A stretch of 63,755 nucleotides of DNA, counting the filler, from Octopus bimaculoides (Eukaryota): assembly GCF_001194135.2 (NCBI RefSeq). It is 8 parts of 8 records of this genome, joined end to end, with 100 filler letters (N's around TTAATTAATTAA, not from the genome) between each part and the next. Parts side by side here need not be neighbours in the genome. Positions count along the whole stretch, not along the records: positions 1 to 6,013 come from NC_068991.1; positions 6,114 to 18,730 come from NC_069000.1; 6 more parts are not named here. One strand, written 5' to 3'. The notes below the pieces were generated by a model, which saw only the letters and a list, made by a program, of their open reading frames with translations, was not told the DNA's origin and did not search any database. The translations under genes and the position numbers were made by a program. Positions 1 through 12,124 of this stretch are shown here, one piece after another. The number at the start of each line of letters is the position of its first letter. Within the stretch, counting starts at the first letter, position 1.

Positions 1-194
1 ATAGATAGATAGATAGATAGATATACGGATAGACAGACAGACAAACAGAGAGATAGAGAGACAGACAGACAGATAGATAATGTATAAGCGGAGTAAACGT
101 CAGTGTTTCTGGTTTCTCCTTTAATTTATATCCTGTCCATTCATGATATTTCCCGATTCAGGCTCACCATGCATGTTTGTCGGTACACATTACC

Positions 195-229
<35 letters not shown>

Positions 230-679
230 TTTCGCAAAGACTGATATGTATATATATATATATATATATCACGGGCTTCGTTTTTTTTTTACGCCTATTA
301 CATTCTCTTCACTATATTTTTAATTCATTTAAAAAAAAAGCAGTTTTATCTATAATCCTATACTTCAGTATATTATTATTATGTTTGTATATCCATATAT
401 TCATATACCCATTTATATTTTTAATATTCATATATTTTATATTTTTGCATGTAATTTCAAGATATCAAAATATGTTTTGGGGACACTTTTTATCTTAAAT
501 TAAATCCGTGTACATATGTGTTTATTGTAGTTTGTCGGATTTAAACTTTCTCCATTCCATTTATTATACTTATCTAACGCCTTAGGCTCAACTTGAGCAC
601 TTGTATGCTGTCTGTATTTTTCGTAAGAAAAATATAACTATATACATATATGTATGCATATATGTAGGTGTGTAAGTAT

Positions 680-818
680 TTGTCCCTGTGTTTGTTCCCC
701 CCAACCATCGCTTGAATAATTATAGATGTACAAATAAATCCTGGAACCGAATTATTCGACAATTATTCAAGGCGGTAATCCGGCATGGCTGCAGTCAAAT
801 GACTCAAACAAGTAAAAA
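680..818 (+). mobile_element. SINE 3' module (family B), diverged
   Basis: Matches the module at 53085-53283 and 13085-13247 (…AGGCGGT…CCAGCATGGC…CAGTCAAATGACT…AAACAAGTAAAA). Confidence 0.65.
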
Positions 819-869
819 AAAATAAAGTATATATATATAAATAATTTATATTCTTTTATTCTTTAATTG

Positions 870-1212
870 TTTTATTTGTTTGAGTTATTTGACTGTGGCC
901 ATGTAGGAACACCACCTTAAAGGTTTTTATTCGAAGTAATCGACCCTAGGACATATTCTTTGTAAACTTAGTACTTATTCTAGTAGTGTCTTTTGCCGAA
1001 TCGGTAAGTTACGGGGAAATAAACGCACCACCATCAGTTGTCAAGTGATGGAAGGGGGACAAACAAAGACACAGACACATATATACATACAAATATGCAT
1101 ACATGCATACATAGATACATACATACATACATACATACATACATACGTTTCTACATATATATTCAAAGTGCTTCTTTCCGTTTTCGTCTGCCAAATCCAC
1201 TCTCAAGGCCCG
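870..1212 (-). mobile_element. Composite SINE: family A body, microsatellite, family B module
   Basis: Reverse complement matches 52916-53283 (GAGTGGATTTGG…GAAAGAAG, repeat tract, TTTGTCCCC…GCTTGACAAC…AGGTGGTGTTCC…TGGCCACAGTCAA). Confidence 0.7.
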
Positions 1213-1213
1213 A

Positions 1214-1473
1214 GGTTATGCTTTCATGAGCCAGCCTCTGTTCTGTTGCTCGCGATCTGTGGCATGGAGCTTTGTCATACTGAAAAATCTCGCCTTCATC
1301 CAAGTCTGGTATCAAATTGTCTTTCAGCAAGTGGATGTTTTTGGCACTATTCAAGTTGCCCTCAATTTTAACCAAATTTCTTAAAACATCACTTTTTATA
1401 TATACCCAAAGCATCAGACTCTTACCCACAAACTTCACTGTTTTCGTCGTGTAATATGGGTCGTTTTGCTTTC
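1214..1473 (-). pseudogene. Tc1-family DDE transposase fragment (inverted arm)
   Basis: Translates to KFVGKSLMLWVYIKSDVLRNLVKIEGNLNSAKNIHLLKDNLIPDLDEGEIFQYDKAPCHRSRAT, i.e. the Tc1 core with the FQ.D.APCH second-Asp motif. Confidence 0.85.
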
Positions 1474-1477
1474 TAAC

Positions 1478-2102
1478 GAGAATTTGTCAGAAGACCTCCA
1501 GGAAAGCAAAAGGCCCCATGTTATACGACGAAAATATTAAAGTTTGGAAGGTAAGAGTCTTATGTTTAGGGGATACATAAAAAGTGATGGTTCAAGAAAG
1601 CTGGTTAAAATTGACGGTAACTTGAATAGTGCCAAATACATCCATTCGCTGACGGACAATTTGATACCAGATTTGGATGAAGGTGAGTTTTTCAGCATGA
1701 CGGATCTCGATGCCACGGATCGCGTGCAAGGCAACAGAGTCTGACTGATGAAGGTGTTACCGTATTGAAAGATTGACCAGGTTAGAGCCCTGACTTAAAT
1801 ATTATCGAGCAAATGTGGGCAGAACCAAAGAGAAGAGTTCGTCAGAAGAATCCACACAATCCTGAAGAGATGTGGGATCTCACCATACCTGTGAAGATGG
1901 TGAAGAATTTGTACGCATCTATTTCCAGGCACACCGAAGCAATTATTCAAGTTAATGGGATCCACACGAAATATAAACAATGTACAGTAACTTCTTGAAA
2001 TAAACATTTTGTAATAAATTTTCATTATAGATATTTTTCTGCTTTAAAATACTGCATCTTGATTGGTTTGTGTGAGATGGCCAACAACATTTGCACAGCC
2101 AT
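1478..2102 (+). mobile_element. Tc1-family transposon, 3' half, with frameshifted transposase and probable right TIR
   Basis: FVRRPPG…KSLMFRGYIKSDGSRKLVKIDGNLNSAKY…SPDLNIIEQMW…IPVKMVKNLYASISRHTEAIIQVNGIHTKY*. SPDLN.IE..W and G..TKY* are Tc1 hallmarks. Ends TTTGCACAGCCAT-TA. Confidence 0.85.
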
Positions 2103-2254
2103 TATTTGTGGTCGTCTCGCATCTTCCTCTCTCATTCCGAAGCCCTACTACAAAATATAATGATTAGGTATGGAAATAGCTCCAACAGCACCAATGTTTT
2201 ATCTGTAAAAAACGCAATGTATGTATGAAGGAGCAGCTCATGCCATCAAAGTGA

Positions 2255-2700
2255 CACTGGGATAAAATATACGAAGCCCAATATACCTATCATGACTACC
2301 CGTCTGATAAGGGTACACCAGGTACAGGCATCACAACCATATGTGCGCGACATACTGATCTCATATCAAGATAAACAGCACATGGCCTTGCAGATGAGGC
2401 CCAGTTAGAATTTTCTTCAGGTCGAGTGGCGCAACCTGCTCAAAAGGTCCCTGAATAAGGGTTGCTTAAGAATGATGAGCAAAACAACCATGTTTCCAAT
2501 GGTGAATTATCCAAAGCCCAAAGAATTCCTCTCCACGCATGGCTATGATGCTCCCCCACTACTTCTGCTCATGATCAGAGATGCACATATCGTCAGCCAC
2601 TAAGGGACATGCTCAGCTAGTTAAGGTCAAATAAGTGACAAGTAAACCTGAGGTATTGAGCAGAATATTTGCTGTAGCCCATTTTTTATACCAAGACTAA
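2255..2700 (-). mobile_element. Probable dispersed retroposon fragment, family unassigned
   Basis: Complex, GC-balanced, non-coding block resembling a common octopus repeat (recalled, not verified); only one copy in this window. Confidence 0.3.
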
Positions 2701-2731
2701 ACAATGTACGATAACATTTCCAATCAGTACC

Positions 2732-2734
<3 letters not shown>

Positions 2735-2762
<28 letters not shown>

Positions 2763-2769
2763 TTATGTA

Positions 2770-2829
<60 letters not shown>

Positions 2830-2896
2830 GGTGTATATATATATGTGTGTGTGTGTACACATACATACATACATACATATATACGCACATATACAT

Positions 2897-2991
<95 letters not shown>
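2735..2991. repeat. Compound microsatellite (TATG)n-(TC)n-(TA)n-(TG)n-(CA)n
   Basis: Direct reading; representative of dozens of such tracts that produce the HT/CV/YI pseudo-ORFs. Confidence 0.95.
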
Positions 2992-2992
<1 letters not shown>

Positions 2993-3354
2993 CTTCTAAC
3001 CGGTTCTGCATTGTACAGATGAAAACCTCTTCAACTGAAATATAATACTTACTCTCGTGGACAGAAAAATAGGGAGAAGTCAGTTTAGTTTATATGCTGT
3101 GTGGGGATTTAATGATCGATTGAGTTAACCCTGTCAGGTGAGACATTACTTATAAACCCGCTATCATTCCGAGTTTATTTATATAAAAGATACATCGCTT
3201 GACTTTTGTCCAACAGTCGATGATAATTTTCCAAACTAAACCCTATGATCCTCACCGGTTTTTTTATCAACGGAAGTACAAAGTATTTAGATCTGTTTGT
3301 TTCTTATCTTTCATTGAATGTTCATTTAAATCTTTATACATATTTCTTGTGCAG

Positions 3355-3464
3355 ATATAAAGAGAGACATGAGGCGAAAGCCGAAGAAGAATGTAATTGA
3401 AAGAGGAGTAAAACGGATTGCTTATAAAAGATTCATGGATGTATCAAACGAAAGAAATAAATGA
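3355..3464 (+). CDS. Candidate terminal exon or small ORF, unknown (IKRDMRRKPKKNVIERGVKRIAYKRFMDVSNERNK*)
   Basis: Good acceptor (catatttcttgtgcag) followed by 35 open codons; no recognised homology. Confidence 0.18.
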
Positions 3465-4479
3465 ATGAAATAAAGTAAGGAAGGGGTAGAATAACGGACT
3501 GTGACTTGCCAACTGCCTCAATCATGCAGGCAAAGATGATGCCCATAATTAGACGTGTTGTTGCCTGCTTATTATAGCGGCGACCGGATTTAATCAACTG
3601 CCATAATTATATGTTGTGCGAAGTTGATAAAATATATGGAAACATGTGGTGGTAGTATTTAAGACTCAGTATGACTTCTGGCGGATGTTTTACCATTTTG
3701 ATTCCTGCTTCCGTTACAGTAGTAACCTCTGGAACGACTTCTGTTGAACCTTCTTCATTCTGCTGCAGTTATGCCGACTTCTCCCCTTTCTCTGAAACTT
3801 CGCTCTACCTGCTCCCTCTTTCCCGTTCACATATGTATGTGTATGTGTTTGTGTGAGAGAGATATATGTATATATCAATATATGTACTCATATAAATATA
3901 TAGAACATCTGGGTATGTGTTCATATATATATATATATAATTGCAGCGTGGAAGGTGTTTATAAGCCATTTAAAAACACACAAAAACCGTTAGATTCACT
4001 TCAACATTTGAATTTGATTTGCCAAAATATTTTCGCCTCTTTGAGACCGCAACCAGTTCAATGAAAAAATTCCGTGGTGCACGGAATTTAGCTCATATTT
4101 TCCTTGTGGTCAGTGTTGTCGATAGTATTGTTCCTGCTTTTCATTTTATCATTTTTGTGTTGTGTGAAGGAGCTAGAATAACCTGAGTGCCGGAGAAAAA
4201 ATCTTTCATAAATTAGTTTCGTCCCTTTGCTTTTAGAATTCTAACCTGTCCAAGAGCGATACAATAGGTACCAGTAAAATATTGAAATAGTTTTAAATCG
4301 AAAATATACCACAATTTTACAATTGGGCTTGACTCCATATTATTATTGTTGTTTAGCTCCGAGATGGTTGTCAATGAGCTTTCATACCATTCCAGTTAAG
4401 TCCATCTTGTCTGTCTTTTATGTATTATTATATCTAGTACTATGTTGTATAATGTTTAGTCCTCCATTATTAGTGAAAG

Positions 4480-4784
4480 TGCGTGGCTTAGTGGCTAGGG
4501 CTTATGATCGTAAGACTGTAAGTCCGAATCCTGGCGGCGCGTTGTGTCCTTCAGCAAGACATTTTATTTTACGTTTCTCCAGTTCACCCTGCTGGCAAAA
4601 ATGAGCAGTACCTGTAATTCAAAGGGTCGGTCTTGTCACTCTCTGTGTCACTTTGAATCTCCTTGAGAACCAGGCTAAGAGTACGTCAGTCTGTGTACTC
4701 AGTCACTTGTACGTTAATTTCACGAGTAACCTGTTCCGTTGATCGGATCAATAGGAACGCTCACCGTTGTAACCGACGGAGTGC
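4480..4784 (+). mobile_element. tRNA-derived SINE, family D (subtype with GTTGTGTCCTT..GCAAGAC middle)
   Basis: A-box-like TGGCTTAGTGG, B-box-like AGTCCGAATCC; 3' half shared with 10107-10464 and 60425-60685 (…GTTCCGTTGATCGGATCAA…CGACGGAGTGC). Confidence 0.75.
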
Positions 4785-5953
4785 GTGTACTTGATTATTT
4801 AGAAGGTACGATTTATCCAGATTAGAATATTTCAAATCGCCTAATCAATCAATTATCTTCAAACTAAACTATAAAGCCATATAACCACAGAAGACATTCT
4901 GTGTTCTGATAGTTATCTGCTAGACTCACCATCACTGGAGAGCCCTAATAAGACTGAAACATGTCTAAAGTCGTTCCCTTTTTTTTTTTTTTTACCTAAA
5001 ACCAAAATCACTTCCCAGTACATACATGCCTTCAACTTTTCGCTTATTGAAATTTCAGATTATTTCACTCTCGTCACTTTAAGAAACATTTGTTATTAGA
5101 GCTAACGACTTGTGTTTAAATTAAGGGTGTTATTTGAAGTGGTTAAGAAAAAAAAAAAACAATGATGGTAATGGTAGGATTGGTAGTGAAAATGTTGTTA
5201 ATGAGCATAGTGAAGCTGGTGGTCGTGGTCGTGGTATTGGAGATGATGGTGATAGTGGTAGGACTTTTGTTGGATGTTGTGGTAGATATTCGTGTTTGCG
5301 TTGTTGCACTTCATAAAAGTAGTAATGGTAGTTGTGGTGGTAATTGTTCGGTATTTGTAATGATGGAGGATGTGATGGAGATGATGGTGGTGTCGATGGC
5401 AATGGTATTGGCATAGTGGGGCGTGATTTTCGTTGTTTGTGGTGGTGGTGAGGGTGGAGTGATGGGGGTGGGATGATGGGGTGAATAAACCAANNNNNNN
5501 NNNNNNNNNNNNNNNNNNNNNNNNNNNNNNNNNNNNNNNNNNNNNNNNNNNNNNNNNNNNNNNNNNNNNNNNNNNNNNNNNNNNNNNNNNNNNNNNNNNN
5601 NNNNNNNNNNNNNNNNNNNNNNNNNNNNNNNNNNNNNNNNNNNNNNNNNNNNNNNNNNNNNNNNNNNNNNNNNNNNNNNNNNNNNNNNNNNNNNNNNNNN
5701 NNNNNNNNNNNNNNNNNGTTAGACGTAGTGGACGGAAGGTTGGTGGAAATGGAGGAAGCGGTAGTGATTGTGATGTTTGGAGATAGTAGTGGTGGTGACG
5801 GTGCTGGAGGTAGTGAAAGATTTGGCAGATTGGGGTGAGAGTGATCAATGATTGGGACCCAACCGAATTCACTTTATAACCAGCAATTATATGTGAATAT
5901 GCGAAACTGTATATGTATGTGTGCAAGTGTACGCGTATAATGTGTGTGTATGT

Positions 5954-6013
<60 letters not shown>

Positions 6014-6057
6014 NNNNNNNNNNNNNNNNNNNNNNNNNNNNNNNNNNNNNNNNNNNN

Positions 6058-6069
6058 TTAATTAATTAA
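6058..6069. other. Artificial scaffold linker TTAATTAATTAA in a 100-nt N spacer (also 18775, 30984, 36139, 41604, 56713, 62515)
   Basis: Identical 12-mer flanked by exactly 44 N on each side, seven times; contains stop codons in all six frames. Confidence 0.95.
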
Positions 6070-6513
6070 NNNNNNNNNNNNNNNNNNNNNNNNNNNNNNN
6101 NNNNNNNNNNNNNACATGACTCCATGAACAGTAACACATTACAAAATGATTAATAACACCATACCTGTGTAATTTTTACGTCTTTTTAGTTTTGTCAGCT
6201 ACCGACGAGTACTTTATGACAACTCAGATTCTTAAATATGAATTTGTTATCTTTCTGTATGAAACAATTTTATAGCTACATGAATAAAAAAAAAATTATC
6301 ATCCATATTAACAGCTAATCTCTTCCATTTACTTAAATGAACTCTGTTTAATAAGTTAAATCATATACTTAATAGTTCTTTATAACGCTTCATATCTACA
6401 CAAATTTGCATTAGTAAATTGAAAAGTAAAGTATGAAGAAATAACGTTAGAAATCTTTTCAGATTACTCTAATTAAAGGACGAACTGGCATTCTAACCCT
6501 ATGAACAGGAATA

Positions 6514-6575
6514 TTCCCCCGACGAGACGAATGGGTCCCTTAATGGGTCCCTAACGTCGAAGTCACAATAGGGAG
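6514..6575 (+). ncRNA. Degenerate type I hammerhead ribozyme
   Basis: TTCCC-CCGACGA-GACG[loop]CGTC-GAAG-TCACAA-TA-GGGAG: stem I TCCC/GGGA, stem II GACG/CGTC; core changes U4C and A15.1G. Confidence 0.45.
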
Positions 6576-6914
6576 CTAACCAGTTATTTACAAGTTGTGG
6601 ATTTTATTTGTCATGTCGCCCGCAGACAGCTTTTAAAGTGAAGAGAAATATGAGTGGTTTAAATGGCGTTATGACGGTTTTGACTGTTATTTCTAAACGT
6701 GTAATTGTGACTTGTTCATAATTATAAAGATTCTTCTTATATATAAACTTGTGGAGGGGTGTCGGTGTGGGCGTGTGTATTTGAAACCAATATCATAATT
6801 CAATGCAGTATGATATTTCTTAACGAGAACTAATAGTCTAAAAATATCATCAGATTGCATCATACGTACATACATACATGCATGCATACATACATGCATA
6901 TATACATGCATACA

Positions 6915-7120
6915 TAAAAACGTGAATATCTACTGAACTTTTGAGAAATCTGCTGTTACTCTATCCAGATTACAAGTTCAGGTTTATACCTGTAATTATT
7001 GGGGCACTGGGATATGTAACACACTGCCTAAATACCAATCTCGAGAAATTAGGCTTCTCAAAACCAGAAAAGAGAAAGCTGATTCGAAGACTACAGATCC
7101 AATCCTTGTGTCTAAAGTAG
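6915..7120 (+). mobile_element. 3' fragment of an RLE-type non-LTR retrotransposon (R4/Dong-like)
   Basis: ELLRNLLLLYPDYKFRFIPVIIGALGYVTHCLNTNLEKLGFSKPEKRKLIRRLQIQS; the IP.I.GALG … LQ motif follows the restriction-like endonuclease. Confidence 0.75.
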
Positions 7121-7132
7121 AAAAGAATAGGG

Positions 7133-7168
7133 AGCAGTGAAGATGTAAGCCGAAACAATTGTCGTGCT
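7133..7168 (+). ncRNA. Degenerate minimal hammerhead ribozyme relic
   Basis: AGCA-GTGAAGA-TGTAAGCC-GAA-ACAATTGT-C-GTGCT: perfect palindromic stem III, AGCA/TGCT stem I; C3 and stem II damaged. Confidence 0.4.
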
Positions 7169-7214
7169 AAATAAAGCTTGCAGTTCACTCTGTCTTCCCT
7201 ATCGATTATTTAAT

Positions 7215-8030
7215 ATATGATGGACTCTCCCATCGGTTTCGACGTATGAGACTCCGACAACGTACTTTTTCTTTGTTAGTCATAGTGCGTATGTAGAATG
7301 CAGCATTTAAGTCCCGCCAACCATTTGCAAAGAAGGCCACAAATGTTGCAAGTTTAAGGATTACAGGTGAGTGAAGGGGGTATATTTGCAGCCCCTTTTC
7401 TTCTTTGCCTTGCACCCCGAAGTCTGTTAATGCTGGTTGCAACAAAGTTTTCTAATACCATTTTGACACAAAGATCTCCATTTTGTTCGTACCAAGGCGA
7501 TGTGAGCTATCTTCATCTTCAGCTTGTCCTTATATCTGAGCCATTGTCGACTAACATTCATGTGTCCACTCTCAAACTGACTGTACATGAGGACTTTGGG
7601 TATTCATTCGTCACTTATTCTGACAACATAACCAGCCCAGCTCAATTGTGATTATATAAGGAAGCTCACAATTCCACCAATCTTACACTTGCTAAGCAAG
7701 TCGGCATTAGAGACTTTGTCTTTTAGTAAATGACCGCAGATTGTCCTCAGACGGTCTTTGTGGAAAATGTCTAGTTGGTTAATGTATCGTCTATTGGGCA
7801 TCCACGATTCTGAACCATACAAGAGAGTAGTAAGAATGGCTGCTTTATAGACCTGTGCTTTTGTGTCAACTTTGATGCCCCTTTCATTCCATAAGCGATG
7901 ACGTAGTTTGCCAAATGCGCTGGTTGCCTTTGCAAGAGGGTTGACGATTCCATCATCAAGGGAAGCACTCAAATTCACTTTACTACCAAGATAGGTAAAT
8001 GAGTTCACATAATTTAGGCTTTTCCCTTAA
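7215..8030 (-). mobile_element. RTE/BovB-clade LINE, 5'-truncated 3' portion, decayed
   Basis: FTYLGS…AKATSAFGKLRHRLW…TKAQVYKAAILTTLLYGSESW…LSWAG.VVR…RYKDKLK, then TCNICG C2H2-like finger and a short 3' UTR. Confidence 0.9.
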
Positions 8031-8192
8031 CCTGTATAGAAGTGTCAGGAAAAATGTGAACCGATGGCCTCTACTTGATACATCGAATTTGTTTAAGAGT
8101 AGGGCAAGGTTGGTGGGTTACTTCTGTCTTCTTTATGCTGATGGTCAAACCAAAGGGGATCTCAGCAATATATATATATATATATATATATT

Positions 8193-8346
8193 ACGACTGA
8201 CGTCTTTCAGTTTCCGTTTACTAAATCTACTCACAGGGCTTTGGTTGGCCAAAAGCTACGGTAGAACACACTCGCTCAAGGTGCACACTGTGGTACTGAA
8301 CCCGGAACCATTTGGTTGGGAAGCAAGCTTCTTACCACACAGCCAC
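8193..8346 (-). mobile_element. tRNA-derived SINE family A
   Basis: Reverse complement GTGGCTGTGTGGTAAGAAGCTTGCTTCC…GGTTCCGGGTTCAGTACCAC…GAAACTGAAAGACGTC, ending in (TA)n. Confidence 0.8.
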
Positions 8347-9340
8347 ATATTATATAACATTCATTTACATATCTACTATATATTTCTCCGGAAAATCATC
8401 ATTAAGATATCGTGGTTAAGTGAATACTGTGAAACTGAGATATCAATAAATGACTCCATTACACATTGTTGCTGTCAGTCGTAATCGATGAATTAATTAT
8501 GTATTAGAAAGTATTTCAGAGAAAGAATTTATGTTTTATGAAACTTAATTACTTACTATCTTACAAATTATTAACACTCAGTGACTACATTAACGCTATT
8601 CATCATATGTAGTTCATTGCTTGAATAGAATGACTATTAAACGATAGAGAATTGTTTATCAGTTTATTTGGGTTGTGCAGGAGATCGGGCTTCTCTTAAG
8701 TGGATGGCATGGTCGAAGGATCAATCTTGTAATAGCACTATGCATGTATGTATGTATGTATGTATGCATGTATGTATGTATGTCATTCTTCAGTTTTATT
8801 TCAAGACCCGGTTTCTAACCTAGATCCAAGACCCCTTTATTGGAATTTCAACATCAACGAAGGGTATTTTAGTTTGTATGCATGTATGCATGTATGTATG
8901 TATGTATGTATGTATGTATGTATGTGTGTGTGTGTGTGTGTATGTATGTTTGTATGTATGTGTGTGTATATATGTACGTATACGTGCAGATTTGTTTGTT
9001 TTGGTTTATGTATGTCTTCTCATGCATATACCTGCATATCTAGACACGCTCATATATACTTAAATGATAAACATATGCATGTATGTATGTGTGTATGTAT
9101 GTATATGTGTTTGTATGTATGTATAAGTGTATGTAAGTATAATTGTATGTATGTATGTGTGTATGTATGTATGTGTGCATGTATGTGTGTGTATGTATGT
9201 ATGTGTGTGTATGTATGTGTATATATATATGTGTGTATGTGCGTGAATGTATGTGAATATGTATAGATGTATATATGTGCGTGTATGTATGTCTGCGTGT
9301 ATATATGTATGTGTGTACATGTATGTATATGTGTGTGTGC

Positions 9341-9384
<44 letters not shown>

Positions 9385-9454
9385 GTATGATGTTATCTGG
9401 TAAAGAAATATCCAGCTGCATATTTGTTAAGATACTAATTTGAAATTTTGGCAC

Positions 9455-9625
9455 AAGACCAGAAATTTTGAGGGGAGGGTGCATGTCTATGAAATCGACC
9501 CCCAGTGCTTAACTGGTACTTATTTTATCAACCTCAACGGAATTTAAACACAGAACGTAAAAAGCCGGAAGAAATACTACTAAGTATTTCGTTCGGCAGA
9601 GTAACAATGCTACCAGCTCGCAGCC
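9455..9625 (-). mobile_element. tRNA-derived SINE family C, partial
   Basis: Homologous to 15748-15967 (…GTACCAGTTAAGCACTGGGGGTCGATTT…). Confidence 0.7.
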
Positions 9626-10106
9626 TTCATTAAGATAAATAAAAAGACTCCATAGATTTCCACCTCTTTCAGATTAGTCACTCTTAAAACGAAAACTACA
9701 AGTATTTTCTAATTAGTCTTTTCAAGATTTTGCATATCAGCAGTAAATTTATGAAAATTGGCCGGCGTTTTGGTCCAAGCTGCCAAAATCTAGATTATCT
9801 CATTGAATTATTTTCTAGTTTTTGTTCACCGTGTGAATAAGATCTGCTGCAATGACTATTTTCATCTCAAGAAAATAGGAATTTGTAAATTCTTTATATC
9901 TCTTTCAAAATCAAATCCTAATACCTGCTTTGAATACCATTACAGTGGATATGTGTGAATCTAAATCTTCTTAGCACCAAATGGTCAAAAATCAATAAAT
10001 TACATGTTCGGAATACTGCTTCTTCTCAATATGCTCTGTAATGAGAGTGTCAAGGATTACTATGTAATTGTCTGTTTCTTGAATACTGAGTTTAGAATAC
10101 AATATG

Positions 10107-10464
10107 TTGGCACTCCGTCGCTTACGACGTCGCGGGTTCCAGTTGATCCGATCAACGGAACAGCTTGCTCGTGAAATTAACGTGCATGTGGCTGAGCACT
10201 CCACAGACACGTGTACCCTTAACGTAGTTCTTGGGGATATTCAGCGTGACACAGTGTGACAAGGCTGACCCTTTGAATTACAGGCACAACAGAAACAGGA
10301 AGTAAGAGTGAGAGAAAGTTTTGGTGAAAGAGTACAGCAGGGTTCGCCACCATCCCCTGCCGGAGCCTCGTGGAGCTTTAGGTGTTTTCGCTCAATAAAC
10401 ACTCACAACGCCCGGTCTGGGAATCGAAACCGCGATCCTAACCACTGGGCCATTGCGCCTCCAC
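10107..10464 (-). mobile_element. Full-length tRNA-derived SINE family D with 13-bp target-site duplication
   Basis: Flanked by a perfect AGAATACAATATG repeat at 10094-10106 and 10465-10477; head GTGGAGGCGCAATGGCCCAGTGGTTAG (A box), GGTTTCGATTCC (B box). Confidence 0.9.
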
Positions 10465-11513
10465 AGAATACAATATGATATTCTGTTAACATGATAAAAT
10501 TGAAAGTTTTGCTACCGTCGAGGGCTGACACTACTTTCACCAAACATTTCTAAAGCGACACCTACAATGAGAACTCACCATTTAGTGATATTAGATTTAT
10601 GTGTATGTATTTGGGTATGCGTGTACGTGTGTGTGTTCACGCCTTGTGAAAACATATATGTATCCCCATTAGGTGATGTTACATAATCACCAGCACATCT
10701 TTAGAACGGAAACCAAAACTAATCACATCTCACTGTCAAGGAAGATATAAAAATTCATTCACATAGATTATTGTGAGGAATGCTGTGCCTTACGGAGACG
10801 GTGGAAACAGATGTACATTACGCAGCGTTAAAATGCTTGAGACTATGAAACGTAAAAAAAACATAATTAATAAGTTCGATGGAATAATAATGAGATGCAT
10901 CCACAAATCGAAAAGGTGTTTCTCATACAGCTACTTCAAATAATTTAACTAATTGATAACAAGTTTCTTTAATTCAACCGTGTGCGACGCACGATATATT
11001 AAATAAAGGCTAGCTGCAAGCCATTACACACGTACGTTTGAATGAATATCTTCGGTAAGAAGAGAAACTGCACTTTGAAGAGTTTAATTATGTATTTTCG
11101 TAATTATGGACTTTCGAGATATTTTGAAATTATTTAAATGTAAAATGTACTTGGAATCCGTAAAATTAAACTGATTTGAATGTAATAACATATTTTAGAT
11201 ATGACATGATATTTTAGAATATGTAATAATGTACTTTTGAAATAATTTGAGTGTGATAATCTATATCTTTATCGATACGTTATTGTATTTTAAAATAATT
11301 TGACTGTATTAATGTAATTGGGAATTAATTAACAGTAATGAATGCAAAGGGGAAAGCGCATTTCCTTCGTTTAATTATTAGTTTCCCATATCATCCGATT
11401 TGCGTATGATATTTTTCGAATTACACACATACACACAAAGATAAATACATATGTGTATAAATATATATACATATATATTTATATATATATATGTATCTAT
11501 ATATGTATGTATG

Positions 11514-11568
<55 letters not shown>

Positions 11569-11693
11569 NNNNNNNNNNTCCGAATGACCCGTCCTTATTT
11601 TTTTCTGTCCTTTTCTGTATCGTCTAACTGTCCAGATGTTTTGTTGTCACCTGTTACGTTCTTGTTCCATTTTTTGTTTTGTTTATATATATA

Positions 11694-11904
11694 TGACCCT
11701 TTGAATTACAGGCACAACAGAAACAGGAAGTAAGAGTGAGAGAAAGTTGTGGTGAAAGAGTATACCAGGTTTCGCCACCATCCCTTGTCGGAGCTTTAGG
11801 TGTTTTCGCTCAATAAACACTCACAACGCCCGGTCTGGAAATCGAAACCGCGATCATATGACCGCGAGTCCGCTGCCCTAACCACTGGGCCATTGCGCCT
11901 CCAC
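11694..11904 (-). mobile_element. SINE family D, 5' half with intact tRNA-like head
   Basis: Near-identical to 10266-10464; head TGGCCCAGTGGTTAGGGCAGCGGACTCGCGGTC…GGTTTCGATTTCC. Confidence 0.88.
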
Positions 11905-12124
11905 TCTACCTCATAACTCCCTGGAAACAAGTATTTTTTAATGAAATCTTATACAAATAACTTTCAAACGGTGTAGATTGTGATTACAGAGAAATCTGTA
12001 GTCAAAATTTTGTATATATATATATATATTGTACTGTTTCATGATAGAAAAGTCAACAAAAAGTATTCCATCTGGTGAGAGATAAATATTATTTATTTAA
12101 ACACACAATACGTGTTTTTAAGTG

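Noticed and set aside
4931-4970. CTGGAGA-GCC…GACT-GAAACATGTC as a hammerhead
   Set aside because: The palindromic ACATGT is suggestive, but the core is altered and stem I does not pair; too decayed to call.
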